A stretch of 64,000 bases of DNA from the human T2T-CHM13v2.0 reference genome, Homo sapiens. The stretch's first letter is position 1; each line of letters begins with the position of its first letter. The notes beneath the pieces are model-generated. The model ran no database searches. It was given only the letters and a program-made list of their open reading frames with translations, and was not told the DNA's origin. Both the position numbers and the translations under genes were made by a program. Below, one piece after another: positions 30,125 through 45,418 of the stretch. The stretch lies in assembly GCF_009914755.1 (NCBI RefSeq), contig NC_060929.1. One strand, written 5' to 3'.

Positions 30125-32263
30125 ATGTTCATGACTGCTAACTGATCAGAGTGGTGGTTGCTGAAATTTAGGGTGGCTGTGGCAATTCCTTAAAATAAGA
30201 CAACAATGAAGTTTGCCACAGCAATTGACCCTTTCATGAAAGATTTCTCTGTAACACGCAATGACGTTTGTTAGCATTTTACCCATGAAAGAACTTCTTT
30301 TGAAATTGCAGTCAGTTCTTTCAATCCCTCCTGCTATTTTATCAAATAAGTTTACATAAAATTCAAAATTCTTTGTTATTTCCACATGATTCACAGTGTG
30401 TTCACCAGGAGTAGATTTCATTTCAAAACCACTTCCTTTGCTCATTGATAGGAAGCAAATCTTCATTCGTTACAGTTTTATCCTGAGATTTTAGCAAGTT
30501 AGTAACATCTTCAGTCTCCACTTCTTCTAGCTCTTTTGCCATTTTCACCACATCTGCAGTTACTTCTTTCCCCTGAAGTCTGAAATCTCTCAAATTCATC
30601 CATGAGTGTTGGAATCAACTTCTTCCAAACTCCTGTTAATGTTGGTATTTTGACCTCCGTAACAAATGTTCTTAATGCCATTGACATCTATAATTGTGAG
30701 TCCCTTCCAGAATGTTTTCAATATAGTCTTCCCAGTTCCATCAGAGGAATTCTTATCTATGGCAGCCACAGCCTATGAAATTCATTTCTTAAATAATAAG
30801 ACTTGAAAGTCAAGATTACTACTTGATTCGTGGGCTGCAGAATAGATGTTTTTCTAACAGGCGTGAAACTAACAATAATTTAATGTACATCTTCATCAGA
30901 GCTCTTGAGTGACTAGGTGCCTTGCCAATGAGCAGGAATATTTTGAAAGGAACCTCTTTCGTTGTTGTTTTTCAGCAATAAGTCTCAAGAATGGCTTAAA
31001 ATATCCAGTAAACCATGACGTCAACATATGTGCTTTTATCCAGGCTTTGTTGTTCTGTACTCCATAGAGTACAGGCAGAGAAGATTTAGCATAATTCTTA
31101 AGGGCCCTAGGATTTTCAAATTGCAAATGAGCACTGGCTTCAACCTTAAGTCATTAGCTGCCTAGTTGCTTACAAGAGAGTCAGCCTGTCCTTTGAAGCT
31201 TTGAAGCCAAGAATTGACATCTCCTCTCTAGCTCTGAAAGTCCTTGAGGACTTCATCTTCTAATAGAAAGCTGTTTTGTCTACATGGAAATTTTGCTGTT
31301 TAATGTAGCCAACTTCATCCATTATCTTAAATAGATCATCTAGATAACTTGCTGCAGCTTCTACATCAGCATTTGTTACTTCATTTTGTACTTTTTTATG
31401 TTTTGAAGACATCTTCTTTTCTTAAGCCTCATGAACCAACCTCTGCTAGCTTCAACATTTCTTCCGCACTTTCCTCACTTCTCTTACCCTTTATAGATTG
31501 AAGAGAGTTAGGGCCTTGCTCTGGATTAAGGTTTGGTTTAAGATAATGTTGTGGCTAGTTTGATCTTGTATCCCTACCACTCAAACTTTCCATATCAGCA
31601 ATAAGTTGTTTTGCTTTCTTATCATTTATGTATTCACTGGAGTAGCACTTTAAATTTCCTTAAAGAACTTCTCATTTGCATTCACTATTTGGCAAACTAT
31701 TTGGCACAAGAGACCTGCTTTCAGTCTATCTCAACTTTCAACATGCCTTCCTCACTGAGCTTAATCATTTCTAGCTTTTGATTTAAAGTGAGAGACATGG
31801 GACTCTTCCTTTCTCTTGAACACTTAGAGACTATTGTAGGGTTATTATTGGCCTAATTTTAATATTATCTCGTCTTAGGGAATAAGGATTCCTGAAGAAA
31901 GGGAGAGAGATGGGGGAATGGCTAGTCAGTGGGGCAGTCGGAATACACACAACATTTATCCTTTAAGTTTGACATCTTATATGGGTGCAGTATGTGGCAC
32001 CTCAAAACAATTATAATAGTAACATTAAAAATCACTGATTACAGATCATCATAATAAATACAGTAATAATGAAAAAGTATTGCAAGAATTACCAGAGATA
32101 CAGAAGTAAAATGTGACACAGAGACATAAAGTGAGCACATTCTGTTGGGAAAATGGTGCTGATAGACTCACTCAATGCAGGTTGCCACAAACCTTCAATT
32201 TGTAAAAACTGCAATGTCTGCAAAATGCAAAAAGGTGAAGCACAATAAAACAAAGTAAGCCTG
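30125..32263 (-). mobile_element. Tigger1 DNA transposon with a pseudogenised pogo-like transposase, one end missing
   Basis: Transposase pieces ENPRALKNYAKSSLPVLY and FKRSSFMGKMLTNVIACYREIFHER. TIR AAAGTAAGCCTG plus TA at 32263-32265; the left end is truncated. Confidence 0.95.
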
Positions 32264-35200
32264 TAGTTAGAAGCATTTCTGTTTCCTTGATTACACCCTG
32301 AATAATAAGTAGATAAAAATTAATTACAAATTATATAAGCTTCTATTAAGTTAGATGAATATTCATAATGATATAACAATGATGTTGCCAATGAAATGGG
32401 TTATAGCAATTACATATGGATGAATAGATCACATGAACTTTTGAAGTTTCATCTATTCAGGGGAATTGGGATGTATTAGAATGACATGTAGGAAACAAAC
32501 AGTAATTGCTAATACAAATGAATACTCATTTTAGTATTTTAGCATGAAGATTATTTATGTTTGTGTATTTATAAATCTTTTCTCCTGTCTCCCATTCCAT
32601 ATGTCTTTCTGTATATCTATCAGTCATTATAATTTATTGTTCCTGGAAGTGTCCTATTTCAGTTACTTTGGATTCAAACATTAATAACTATATTTTGATG
32701 CACATATTTTAAAAAAGTAGAGAATTAATTGATATTGGTATATTCTCAAAATAAGATAATAAATCATGACTCAAGCAAAAATTTATTTTGACTATAATAA
32801 AGCAACAGTCTTATATTGACCAGAAATAAAACTGGTAGAAATCTCAGGCATTAAATGTGGGATAAACTACACTTACTACTATTATAATTCTCTATTATCT
32901 TCTACCCCCATTTCTTTGATAATTCAAATTTTAGTCAGTTCCTTCAGCTTTACTTGTATGATCTAAAAGGAACAACAAATTACAAAATATTCAACAACAC
33001 TATTTAAACTTTTCTCTCTTCGGGAAACAATTGGTCTAGACTAGAATGTTGCCATTACTGCAGTCATAAATTTGCAGTAGTTTTGGATTTGGGCAGATTG
33101 AGGTTGGTGTTAGGGGAGGTCTCCATGTTTCTATTTTACTGAGATTTTATAACAAGAACTCTTGTGCAACAATATGTTTAATTCTGCTAAAAACTGTTTA
33201 AACAATTTGAATGAAGCTAAATTGGAACACTTAAAATATAATAAAAGTCAGCATCCTGAGAGCTTGTTCTAAGTAATGGAAGAGTACAATTTGATAAGTA
33301 TTATTTTCCTTACCAATTTTTATTTTTACTTTCCTTTATTCAAAATGTCAGCATGTACAGTTCAGTTGGCATTTGGGATGAAAAGAAATCTTTTTTTTTT
33401 CAAATGTGCACAAAGTTGATTATTTCTTTGAATGAAATATCATTTTATCTAAGCAACAGTAACATCTGAAATACCCTTTTTTCCCCATTGAGCTACATCT
33501 CTGTTCCAGATTATTAAGTGTAAAACCAGCAATTCAATCATTTTTTATCCTTGATAACATAGTCTTATCTAATATTTTCCTTGTGGATATAATTTGAAAG
33601 GAAGAATTTCATTAACATTTAAGCTCAGTGAACACATACAGAAATGCAGTTCACTTTTGATAAATATTCTAATTTTCATAAATGTCCTATCTTATTTTCT
33701 CTGTAGATTTCTATCTGTGAGAACATATATTACTGTGTATGTTACAGATTAAAAACACAGTGACATAAATAGTTTTAGGCAGTCCAAATACAACTTTCCT
33801 TTTTGGTATTTGCTAATGCAGCTAAATGAATCTAAATGCCATTGATATCTTATGGCTAGCTAAATACATTTTCCAGAACTCTTAAAGATTGAGGGACAAT
33901 TATTTAAATAAGGCAAAGATGCCTAACATATGTTTATAAATTGAGAGCCAAACACAAATTGTAGCAATGATCTAAATATTTGTTGATAAAACAAAAACAA
34001 TTATTGCTTTGAAATAACTTTAAAACGGCCTCATTTCTAAAGGTATGTAATAGAAACATCTTTTGTAAAGGGACAAGAATCTCCACGTAAATGATTTTAA
34101 AATTAAAACGCAGTTCATCTCACTTATCACAAAGTTTGAAAGAGTGACAAAAGAGAGAGAGACTATAATTGAATGTCCTTAGTAAATCCCCCTTCAAGAA
34201 AAAAATAGAATTTGATATTATTAAAAATAATAAAAAGATAAGTGTCACTATAGAACAATGGAGGGGAGAGGCAACTGATAAAGGAGAAACAGCCTACATA
34301 GTATTTGAAAATAATTCAAACAATAGTAATCATTAAAATAGAAATTAAATTCATAAAATACGATTATTGCTTTGTCTCCTGCTAATTACAATTCTTCTTA
34401 TCGCATTCTTATCATTTATCTATTAATGACTTAGTTTTGTTTAATTAATTATTTAAGACATTTTGCAATAAATATTAATCATTGAAAACCAAAGCTACAG
34501 TCTGAAAATAACCATGTCTAACATCTGACTATTTGGTGCCCAGTGCCACTGCACTGTCACAAGCTCCAGCCTTTCCTCTACTCAAGAGTCCCTCATCAGG
34601 AATCTTGCATTCACCTTGCCCTTTATTTATTTTACAGTGTATTCCTTAAGAATACATGTGGTATTGTAGTTTCTAACTTTATAAAAAGTGTATAATGCTT
34701 CATGCAATGGTTTGTTTCCTGTTGTGATCATAGTATAGCGCTAAGATTCATCTATATTGGGATATTTGTGCAAATATATGTTGTGGGTTTGTTTTGATAT
34801 AGGATACTCAGACATTCTAGTAAATATCCCAGTTTATTCTTTCACTCTCCAAGGATACATTTGGGCTATCCTGAGGAAAAAAAAAATTTCATCAATCCAG
34901 AGAGCAGAGTCTAAAAGCCTAACAATACTCAAGCTAGAAAAAATTTTTTTCAAACTGTTTTGGCACAAGTGTAGCTTAATAATGGAAAATAACCTGTAGA
35001 TATGTGTTTTTAAAGTAATAAATGTGTATGAAGCTATTGAAAATATACAACACACTAATGTATTGAACACATTTTGGCATCTCTTATTATATCATCTTTA
35101 GAAGAGAGCTGATTTTTTTTCATTTATTTCACTGTTCTTTGTTTCTTTTCACTTTCTTTGTTTTCTTAATACTGCAAATTACAAGTGTTTTTCTGTGTGA

Positions 35201-35479
35201 TTTTTAAATGTAAAATAATTGTTGAATTTAGTAAATATAAACAGCAAGGAGAGATTTCCTGAAATCCCAGCACCCATAATAAACAAAACACATTTGGGTG
35301 AACAATTTTCATTCATTTCTCTTTAAAATAAAAATGCACGTGCAAACACATATAATTTTATATATACATTGTTATATACCATGTGCTATTTTTTATCGTG
35401 ATTATCTTTCATTAAATTTATTAATGACATCTGCAGGTTTTATTTCATTTTAAGCCTGGATGATCTTTGGACTGAGAAT

Positions 35480-35930
35480 TATGAGTTTTATAATTTATTC
35501 TAAGGAAATGACAGGACAAGTGTGCAAGGTGTGTATTTTAAGCATTATCATTCCTATATTGTTTCTAATATGGAAAACAAAAATCAACCTACATATACAA
35601 AACTAGAAAATTGTTTCAAAAATTAAAGCATGATAATTCTATTTAATCTATATTAATCTTCGTTGAACTACATATTATAATAGAGTTTTGGCCACAATAT
35701 ATTATGTTCAAAAATGTTTAATTGCACACCAATATAGATTTTAATTTTAATTCTTCACTTTATATTTTATTATGTTCAGGAAAAAGCTCTAAAAATATAT
35801 ATACATAATACAATTCAAATATATATTAAATGTCATGGTATTTAGTAGTTAATAGGTATAAGCTTTATGTAGGTTTGATGTGCTTTTTACTATATTCTTT
35901 AAATTTACTATATTGTTCATATATTATGTA
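35480..35930 (+). mobile_element. Ancient L1ME-type 3' fragment
   Basis: AATTTATTCTAAGGAAAT..GGACAAGTGTGCAAGG..ATTGTTTCTAATA..TCAACCTA; highly diverged. Confidence 0.5.
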
Positions 35931-37084
35931 CTATCTGAATTTTTCATAATTTATAAATTTAAATTTTGAACATTTAGTTTTTGTTTTTAAAATACACATA
36001 CGTAATAATAGCCTTTGCTACTTCAATTGTTTAAAACATCTCTTGAAGCTTTGAATCTACTTATCATTTTTGAATCTAGTCACATTCTAGTACTTCCCTG
36101 ATACATAGCAATTTTTTAACAACAGCAGAACTTTCAGGTTTTTTCATTTAACCTACTACTTTATTTTACATATAATTCAGTTTTAAATTCTATTTTTCTA
36201 CTTTTATCTACTATTCTGAATTATTCTTTATGGATTGTGGAATGACAAATTTGTGGAAAAAGCAATTCAATAACTTATGTGTAGTAGACTAGAAGTTGAA
36301 ATGTATTTAGATTCTAAGTAGACTAGAAAAGGTCCTGAAATATTCTGAAACAGATATCCTCTGTATAAAACAGCGTTGTACAGAAAGTTGAAATCCATGG
36401 ACTTTAAGTTGTACTTCATTAAATTGCAGTAGAATTCCATTCAAAAAATACCCTCAAGCATTTGATTAGTTTCAAATCTAGGAGCGGGGAACTTTAAATA
36501 TGTATAACAGGTACATAAAAATGGGAATTGATATAATCCTCAAAATGGACTTTTAATATAGATATCATGGTTTTCATTTCTAATATACTAAGTTTTACGT
36601 TACATGGGGTTAAACAAACGGTCCAAAATCACACATTTTGCAAGAATTAGAGCTGGGGTTTAGGCATGTATTATTTCGTGTGCATCTGTTGGGCATTACT
36701 TCCCTCAGCTGAAATATCAGTACAGTTAGTTGACTATTTCTAAAACAACAGTTTCTTTATTACAAAAGTACATGATATATTACTTGAATAACTATCTATC
36801 ACTGATTCATAGTATGGAATGAGAAGAGGTGAATGAGCAAACTTTCCACAGGACATTTCAATGTAATTGCTTCTCATGTTTTATTCTGGAAAATATCCAG
36901 ATGGCTCTAAACTTTTACATAAGGCTTCTTTAGATAAAAAGCCATTTAAGGAAACAAATTACAGAAGTGCTGTTATGATAACCAACAAAGAAAAAGCAAA
37001 TGAATTCTAAATATTTCAACAAAACTAGCATGGAATAGTTTTGCCATTTTTAATATATTCTACCACTTATTAGAAGATAGATCA

Positions 37085-37258
37085 AACTGTGATCTCAACT
37101 GGGACCTTCATCAGTGACTTTTTAAGGAACAAATATATGCTGGGTCTTACAGATTTACAGAAGATTCTGATTTAGTAACTGTGAGGTAGGATCGAGAAAT
37201 CTAAGTTTTAGTGAGTATCAGTACTTCTGATAATCAAGAAATTTGGGGAAGCACTACA
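37085..37258. mobile_element. MER5B-like hAT MITE
   Basis: GAAGATTCTGATTTAGTAACTGTGAGGTAGG..TTCTGATAATCAAG..TTTGGGGAAGCACTA. Confidence 0.55.
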
Positions 37259-38829
37259 GTGACGTAAGAAAAGAAATGAAAATAAGATGGTATTTGCTAA
37301 GTACTAGGCACTTTCCAAATTATAAATAATTTAACCATCATAAAACACTTGTAATTAAAAAATATATTTTAAATGTAGCAAAATGAAATTTTAAAGTAAG
37401 TATTTTACTTATGAACACACACTAAATAAGTGAGTTGAGGGAGGAATCATTTTGCCAATAAATCTCACACTTTTTTGATTTCATTATTGTGCGTATCTTA
37501 CACGTTGGGGAATTATTTTAAACATCTATTAGTAACTATTATAATTTCTGAATATTTGGCTATGATGAGAAATTAATTCTCTAACTTGTTTCAACTTTAA
37601 ATCATAGGGATCTAAGGAAAGTGAAAAGTGCTTCAGTGTAGATGATTTCTTCAGGAGCACCACTTTGAATCAAACCTGAATATACCTTTTAAGTTCAAAA
37701 CATATTAATACTAAATTTTACTTTGTACAATAAATTTAATGGAAATTTCACTTGTTTGCACATCTAAGGTATTACTACTTTTATCTTCAAATAATAGCAA
37801 TATGTTTAAACTATTGAAAAATAAAAATATCTGAGTGTAATGGTCTCAGCTGAATTCTGGAGATTAGAAGCTGAATAAACTTTGAGCATTAAAAAAGATA
37901 AAATGACTTTTAAGAGGGGCATTGAAATTAAAGAATTTTACATATAAAACCAAAAAAATATAGTATTAACAGTGTATTATGGATTTTGCAGGAAGTATTT
38001 TAAAATTTCAAAACGTCAAGGGGACTAAACATGAGGTAAAGGGGCTGTCATAGGTTGTTAAAAATAGCCAGCTAAACTGTCCCATGCAATGGCAATTATA
38101 AATCACATGGAGTCTTCAGCTATTAAACAATATTATGTTATGACAAAGCATATCATCGTTTTTCTTTTAAGATCATGAGATGATACACAGATTAAGGCAA
38201 AATATCTGAATACTCATGAAACCATGAATGGAATTAATACTTTATTATAAATAGACTAATAAGAAAATGATAGAAATATGTAGCCAATTCCTATAGGTGA
38301 CATGCATAAAATATTTGCATTTTAAGAGTAAAAGAGAGACAGAGTAGGAAGATGACAGCATAGAAATGCTGTTTAGTAACAAGATTGATATATTTAAAAT
38401 ATATAAAACATACAGCTAAAATACAATAGCCAACAAAATAAGGCCAAAACAATGAGAATAAGGACAACTATAAAAGTGAATGCAAAGTTAATAGTAACAC
38501 ATTAGAAAAAGGAAAGTAAAAGTAACACAAGAAAATTATTGGGTTAAGAAAAAGTAGCCTAAATATATTAGAAAATATAAGTAATGGAAACAGACATCAG
38601 TATGAACACTTGCAAAATTTGCTAAGAATTAAAATAATCAACTGGCTTCTGAGTTTAATTCTCGGTAAACATGTATTACTTGATAACTGGGTGTTTTCCT
38701 TATCAGAGATTTTTTTATGATTGCATAAAGAGAAGAAGTCCAAAGTATTTAATTTCATCAATATTTTTATTGTTCAAATGATAGCTGAATATATTTAATA
38801 AATGAAGCTCTATACTAACTATGAGAGGC

Positions 38830-39250
38830 ACTGAATTACTTTATAGTTTAGTGTTTTATGCTTCTGAAAATGTCTTTATCCCTTGTTCTTGAACACAGTT
38901 TTTTTGAATATAGATTTCTATGTTGACAGTTTTTTCAAGAGCATATAAAAAGATATTGCTCCTTAATATACTGACTCCTCTTTTTCCTGTTGAGAGTTAC
39001 AGAATATTTCCAAAGAAATTCCTCTGATATAATTTTTTTTTCTCCAGCTATTGGTTCCTATTCACAGTATGTTGTTTCCCTACAGGTTTTCTGGGTTTTA
39101 ATGTGAGCTACTCATTTTCCCTTGAACTTCAACTGTCGGAATTCTTTAAGGCCTGAATGAACTTGAACTTCTTGAGAGAAAATGTGCATTTATTTCTGCC
39201 AATTTTCTAACTACATTATAATCAGAAAATATTTTAAATTACACATGTAT
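38830..39250 (-). mobile_element. Ancient L1M/HAL1 ORF1-region fragment
   Basis: TCTGAAAATGTCTTTAT..TTCTTGAA..GAATATAGATTTCTATGTTGACAGTT..AGATATTGCTCC. Confidence 0.5.
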
Positions 39251-40704
39251 TTTGATGTTTTCAAAGAATATATACAGGTTGTATAAATTAACAGTGACAA
39301 CAAGAGAAAAAAACTCTGAAAACCAATTTGTGAGTACTCAGTTAAAGAAAATCTCCATGCTATGTTATTCTAATGTCACGGCAATCATTTTTGCTCTTTA
39401 TTTCTCTGTAGCAAAGTTTTTCTTGTTCAGCTTCTTCCTAGGTGTGTGACTGTTTCTTTCTTGGGATGACCTTAGGTTTTATCTCCTATCCCTTATAACT
39501 TGTTTGTGAGTAGAAAAATTCAATAGTATTACAGATAAATTTTTCTTGGTAAATCTTCTCCTACCAGAAATATTGCAATCATTTTTGGGGAGTGGGGAGG
39601 TATATGCATTGCATATTTTTTTTCACTTGTCGAAAGCTCAGTGTTATTTTCACCAATCAATCAGGAAATGCATTTGTTTTAAGAGAGATTATTATTATCA
39701 TTGGTATTATTATTATTTAGAAGAAAGAGATTCTCAGACTACTGATCTCTAAAGTGTAGTAGATTGGTTTCACGCATTTGAAGTTCATTTTCAGCTCTAA
39801 AACCATATACTATCCTTGTCTAAGCTAAAAAGCTAATACAGAAACATAATCCTCACATTGAACCTGATCACACTGAATGAGTGGTAGGAAGGATAGACTA
39901 CAAAACAGAAATAATAAAAGGAAAGTGAAGCTGTGAAAATAATTTTGATGGAAAAGAAGGCAGAGTACAGAATGTATAGTTGCATTTAATAAAGCATACG
40001 GATAATTTAGACTACAAATAAATATAAATGAGAACAATGAGAATGGAAAATTTTTGGAATACAGCATATGATTTTGGATAAATGATGAAACATTATTTAG
40101 TTTCTGCATAAAACAGCCATAGCAAAGCACGTGTATCATATTGAATGTTGTATAAGACCATCATCTATTAAAATACAACATAAATTAACATTTAGAATGA
40201 GACAAAAAGTAACTACTCAAAAAAAGACTGATGAAAAAAGGGACAGGGAAATATGTGTTTAATATATTATTTTAAAATACATTGGGGGCAAGTTGGCAAG
40301 AGTAATATTGAAGAAATGTTGAGTGATTTGTAGCTACCTGGAAAACTTTCCAGTGCTTTCTTAAGGACATTAGTATTTCTGGGGAAAAGGGATACATGTG
40401 AGATAAGCAGCAATATTTGAAATCAAATGTATAAAGGATTTAAAGAAAACTAGCTTAAAGGGTAAATCAAATATATTTGAGAAAAAATAAAAAGCAGCAT
40501 AAGAAAATAGTTAACTTAGAGCTTGACAGTGTTGCTCTTTTTGAATGCTTATCCTACGTTACAGTATGGACATGCATAAACCTATTTAAGTATTATATCA
40601 ACCCTTGAAGAAGGTCATACTATCACCACCTTCTTATGAATAGTGAAAGCCAACCTCCATAGATAATTTCTCCATTTGCATTCAATAAGCAGATAATTGA
40701 CTAA

Positions 40705-41250
40705 GTATGCTTCAATGGATGAATGGATAATGAAAATATGGTATATATACCCAGTGAAATACCTTTCAGCCTCAAAATGAGGAAAATTCTGTTATTTGTA
40801 ACATGGATAAACCTGGAGGATATTATGTCAAGTAAAATTTGCCAGGAAGAGAAAGAAAAATAATGAATTATCTCACTTAGGTGCAGAATCTAAAAATCTC
40901 ATAGAAGCAGAGAGTAGAATGGTGGTTACCAGAGCCTGGGTGGGTGATAGGCAAATTGGGGAGATGTTGGTCAAAGGATACAAAATTTCAATTAGGCAAG
41001 AAAAGTAAAACTCCAGAGATTTATTGAACATCATATTGAATATTGTTAACAACAATACATTGTAGATTTAAAAATTGCTAACAGGGTAGATTTGAAGTGT
41101 TCCCACCATAAAAATGCTAAGTATATGGTGTAATGAAGATCTGAAAGAGCTTGTAGTCATTTCACAATATATACACATGTCAAAACATATTTTTTACACC
41201 ATAAACCTATACAATGTTTACTTATCAATTAAAAATAATAAATACAAAAG
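40705..41250 (+). mobile_element. L1MA-type 3' end
   Basis: TCAATGGATGAATGGATAA..ACATGGATAAACCTGGAGGA..AGAGAGTAGAATGGTGGTTACCAGAG..TCAATTAAAAATAA. Confidence 0.9.
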
Positions 41251-41698
41251 TAAGATGAGAAAGCCCCTGTTGTGCTGCTTCCAACCAGCAAAGGCTCCTG
41301 ATCTCCTTCCCCAGCCAGCTGGTGGGGATGCCTGCCTTCTGCTTCCTTCTGAGCTGTACTAAATCTTCTTATGGTTGGGAACTTTCATCTGCTGTGGACA
41401 GATGGACTTTAAGTCTTCTAGACTGAGGAAACATTTGAAATGCCATACAAAACCGCATTATTTATATTATCATTTCTATTAGATCTTTATAATGATTCCT
41501 TATTGAACTTAAATGACACAGGACTGATTGAAACAGAACATTTAATTGTTTTGCTCGTCTGACTCTCTGAGCCCTAAATAAATATTGTTTTTCAGAGAAA
41601 AAAAAAAAGAGGAAATGGTTTAGCTGAGATTTAAATCCAGGCTCCTGATTTCATAATAAGAAAATCTGCCAACATATAAAAAGTTTAATTTATATTAA

Positions 41699-41741
41699 GT
41701 GTGTGTGTGTGTATATATATATATATCTGTGTGTGTGTGTA
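41699..41741 (+). repeat. (TG)n(TA)n(TG)n compound microsatellite
   Basis: Directly visible. Confidence 0.9.
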
Positions 41742-42915
41742 TTTTGATTTGATATGGAAATGTATATTATGTATAAGACAAAAGTCAAGGGGTACAGAAC
41801 AAGATACACAAATTCTTTTGTCAAATATTTACATACAATGTATTATCTAATGATAATATCAGTGACCATAGCAGAAACGATCAGATTTGCTCTGTAATGT
41901 GAGACAAAAAATACTGTGAAATGATCAATATTAATTTGACATATTAACTGAGAATGTGTGTCAATGTAAACTTACTTTATAGTAATCACTTAAGGAAAAC
42001 TCAACTGGCTACCATTTCTGTGGCTGTGTTGAGTATTATTAACAGTATGGACTCTAAAGGACATCAAATAATAGCTTACTGTTTCACTCTTAGGAAAGCA
42101 TGACAATTACTTGACTAATTTTTTTTTTTTTTACACAAAGAACTAAAGTATTAATATGGGTTAAACTACTATACTGTAGACATGAGGGCCAATAAAATTG
42201 AAACAATTTACTAGCTATGTGTGAATAGGGATTGATTTTAAATAAAATGTCAATATCTCATAACATTTCTGATATTCCACTTCAAGAGTAAAAATAGGAT
42301 ATAATTGTGAATGAAGTTTTTGTATCCACAATAACAGATTCCTATTGTGATTCATGTGGAATAATATTCTATGAAATATACTTAAAGAGTTATTTTGAAA
42401 ATGCCACTATACTTTCCCTCTCAAGTGAACATATTCAAAGGCTCAGGAATAATCATAGTTTTTATCTCTTCAAAATAAGTTATTTACTGTTCCATTTTAG
42501 CAATCATTCACAGTCTTTTCTATAACAGCAGTCAATGAATTTTCATACCTGTGAATGTAAATAAAACAGAGTGGAAGTAAAAAAGCTCTAGTTGAGGTAC
42601 AAAATAAGCTATGATACTGCCTGTTCCTTCATAATTTTCTTTGTCACCAAATCTTACCATATCATTGTGTAATAGCATGTAATGATCAATTTTATATATC
42701 TTCTCTACACCATGTAATTACATATTTCTTTAATTGCTTCTGTAGTATAACACAACTCAGAAACTTTGTTCTCCCTATTTCTTTTTTATTTAATTTTTAT
42801 CTACTTTTGTGTAATCCAAATCAATCCATTCTACCCACATCTACCCTTATTCCTTCTACAGATTGATATTTTGAATCTCATATCTTTTCTTAAAATATTG
42901 TATGAATAAACCTAG

Positions 42916-43336
42916 TGTCTTAGTCCATTTTTGTGTTGCTATAATACCCAAGGCTGGGTAATTTACTTAAAAAAGAGGATTATTTGGCTCATGGTTCTGC
43001 ATGCTGTACAAGAAGCATGGCACAAACATGTACTTGTATGAGGGCCTCCAACTGCTTCCACTCATGGCAGAAGGTACAGGGGAGCTGTGTATGGATAAAT
43101 CACATTGTGAGACAGGAGGCAAGAGAAAGTTAGGGAAATGCCAGCCTCTTTTTAACAACTAGCTCTCCTGTGAACTAACAGAGTGCAAATTCATTCCTTA
43201 CCATGAGAATGGCACCACGCCATTCCTGAGGGATCTACTCCCATGACACAAGCACCTCCCATTAGGCATCACGTCGAACACTTAGGATAAGTTTTTAACG
43301 TGAGATTTGAAGGGGTCAAATATCCTAACCATAGCA
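42916..43336 (-). mobile_element. MSTB (MaLR) solo LTR
   Basis: TGTCTTAGTCCATTT..GGCTGGGTAATTTA..GGCTCATGGTTCTGC..AACCATAGCA, with TSD CCTAG/CATAG. Confidence 0.9.
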
Positions 43337-44517
43337 CATAGCAAAGCCATGTTTCCTTTTGTTGGAGTGATAAATTTTCATCTCCGTTCTAAGCATTTCT
43401 TTTACGTCAATCTGTATACTTGAAGATGCTCTCTTCTATTCCATGTGGAATTTTCAATACTATTTTTTAAATCAGGTAATTTCTTTGAATAAGAAACCAT
43501 AAGTTTTGCAGTAAATTTCAAAAATTAGAGTTACATAAAAATTCATACTTAAAATTGCAAATGTTTCAATTATTTTTTAGACCTTGTTTTTTGACATGGA
43601 CATGAGCAGAAGTTTATGTATCGTGTTATTTCACTTATATGTTTTATTGTAAGATAATCAGATGGCCATGACATGATTTTCAGAAAACGTAGTCCTTATT
43701 TCACAATGTTTTTCCTCACTGAGTCTCACTTCTTTGCCTTTTCATTTAATTTAGCATTATGCTTCAATGGTTACATCGAAAAAAATTAATATGAAAACAG
43801 AATACACATGGTTATCTGTTATGATTTTATATTTCTGTGTGCATGTTATTTATTTTATTTGAAGTTGAATTACCTGGTTATTTTAAAATTATATTTAAAA
43901 TTGTTAACATTTTATAGTAGAATGTATGATCCTTGAGCAGAAGGCTAAACATAAACTCTCTTATTAGGATACATAACATCAAGGTGTGGAACAATTTGTT
44001 TCAACCAATAATCCTAAAATTGAAAGTTAAAAACTTTAAAAAGAACCTACATACTTATGATATTGTGTACATGAAGCACGATCATTAAAGAGTTTCTAAG
44101 TCTCCAGGATAATTTTTAAAAATATTATTTCTGCATATGCAATTTAACAAGGGAGTTCTATAAATGTTTAGAAATGCCAGAGATGCAGTAAAAAAATTTT
44201 AATTTCCATTTTTATTCCATCTTTTCTGAAACAGTGTTAAGGAAAGCTGGCCCCAAAATACACTGAGATACAGAAAAAAAATTCTGACAACAGTGAATCT
44301 AATCTCATAATATTATTTGAGAAAGCCTATCTTATCCCTCTATTTTAGCAATAATATTTATTATGTTGGTTCTTACTGATAAAAAATGCTTTGCCTTTCA
44401 GCATTTACAGTCCACTGAAGTCAACAGAAATAGAAAACAGATTTATACTTACTCTTCTTGATAGAAAAATATTGTCTTCAAAACTTCTTTTTTTTTAGAT
44501 CAAGGTAATACGAAGCA

Positions 44518-44771
44518 TTTATTTTTTATTATACTTTAAGTTTTAGGGTACATGTGCACAACATGCAGGTTAGTTACATATGTATACGTGTGCCATGTTG
44601 GTGTGCTGCACCCAGTAACTCGTCATTTAACATTAGGTATATCTCCAAATGCTATCCCTCCCCCGACCCCACAACAGGCCCTGGTGTGTGATGTTCCCCT
44701 TCCTGTGTCCATGTGTTCTCATTGTTCAATTCCTACCTATGAGTGAGAACATGCGGTGTTTGGTTTTTTTT
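44518..44771 (-). mobile_element. L1PA4-like short 3' end
   Basis: TTATACTTTAAGTTTTAGGGTACATGTGCAC..CATTAGGTATATCTCC..GAGTGAGAACATGCGGTGTTTGG. Confidence 0.93.
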
Positions 44772-44811
44772 AGGATACAATTATTAATTTTTAAACCTTA
44801 TGTTTAGTTCA

Positions 44812-45418
<607 letters not shown>

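Noticed and set aside
30125-32263. Domesticated Tigger1 transposase (TIGD1-like gene)
   Set aside because: The frame is broken by many stops and frameshifts; only 76- and 106-aa pieces remain.
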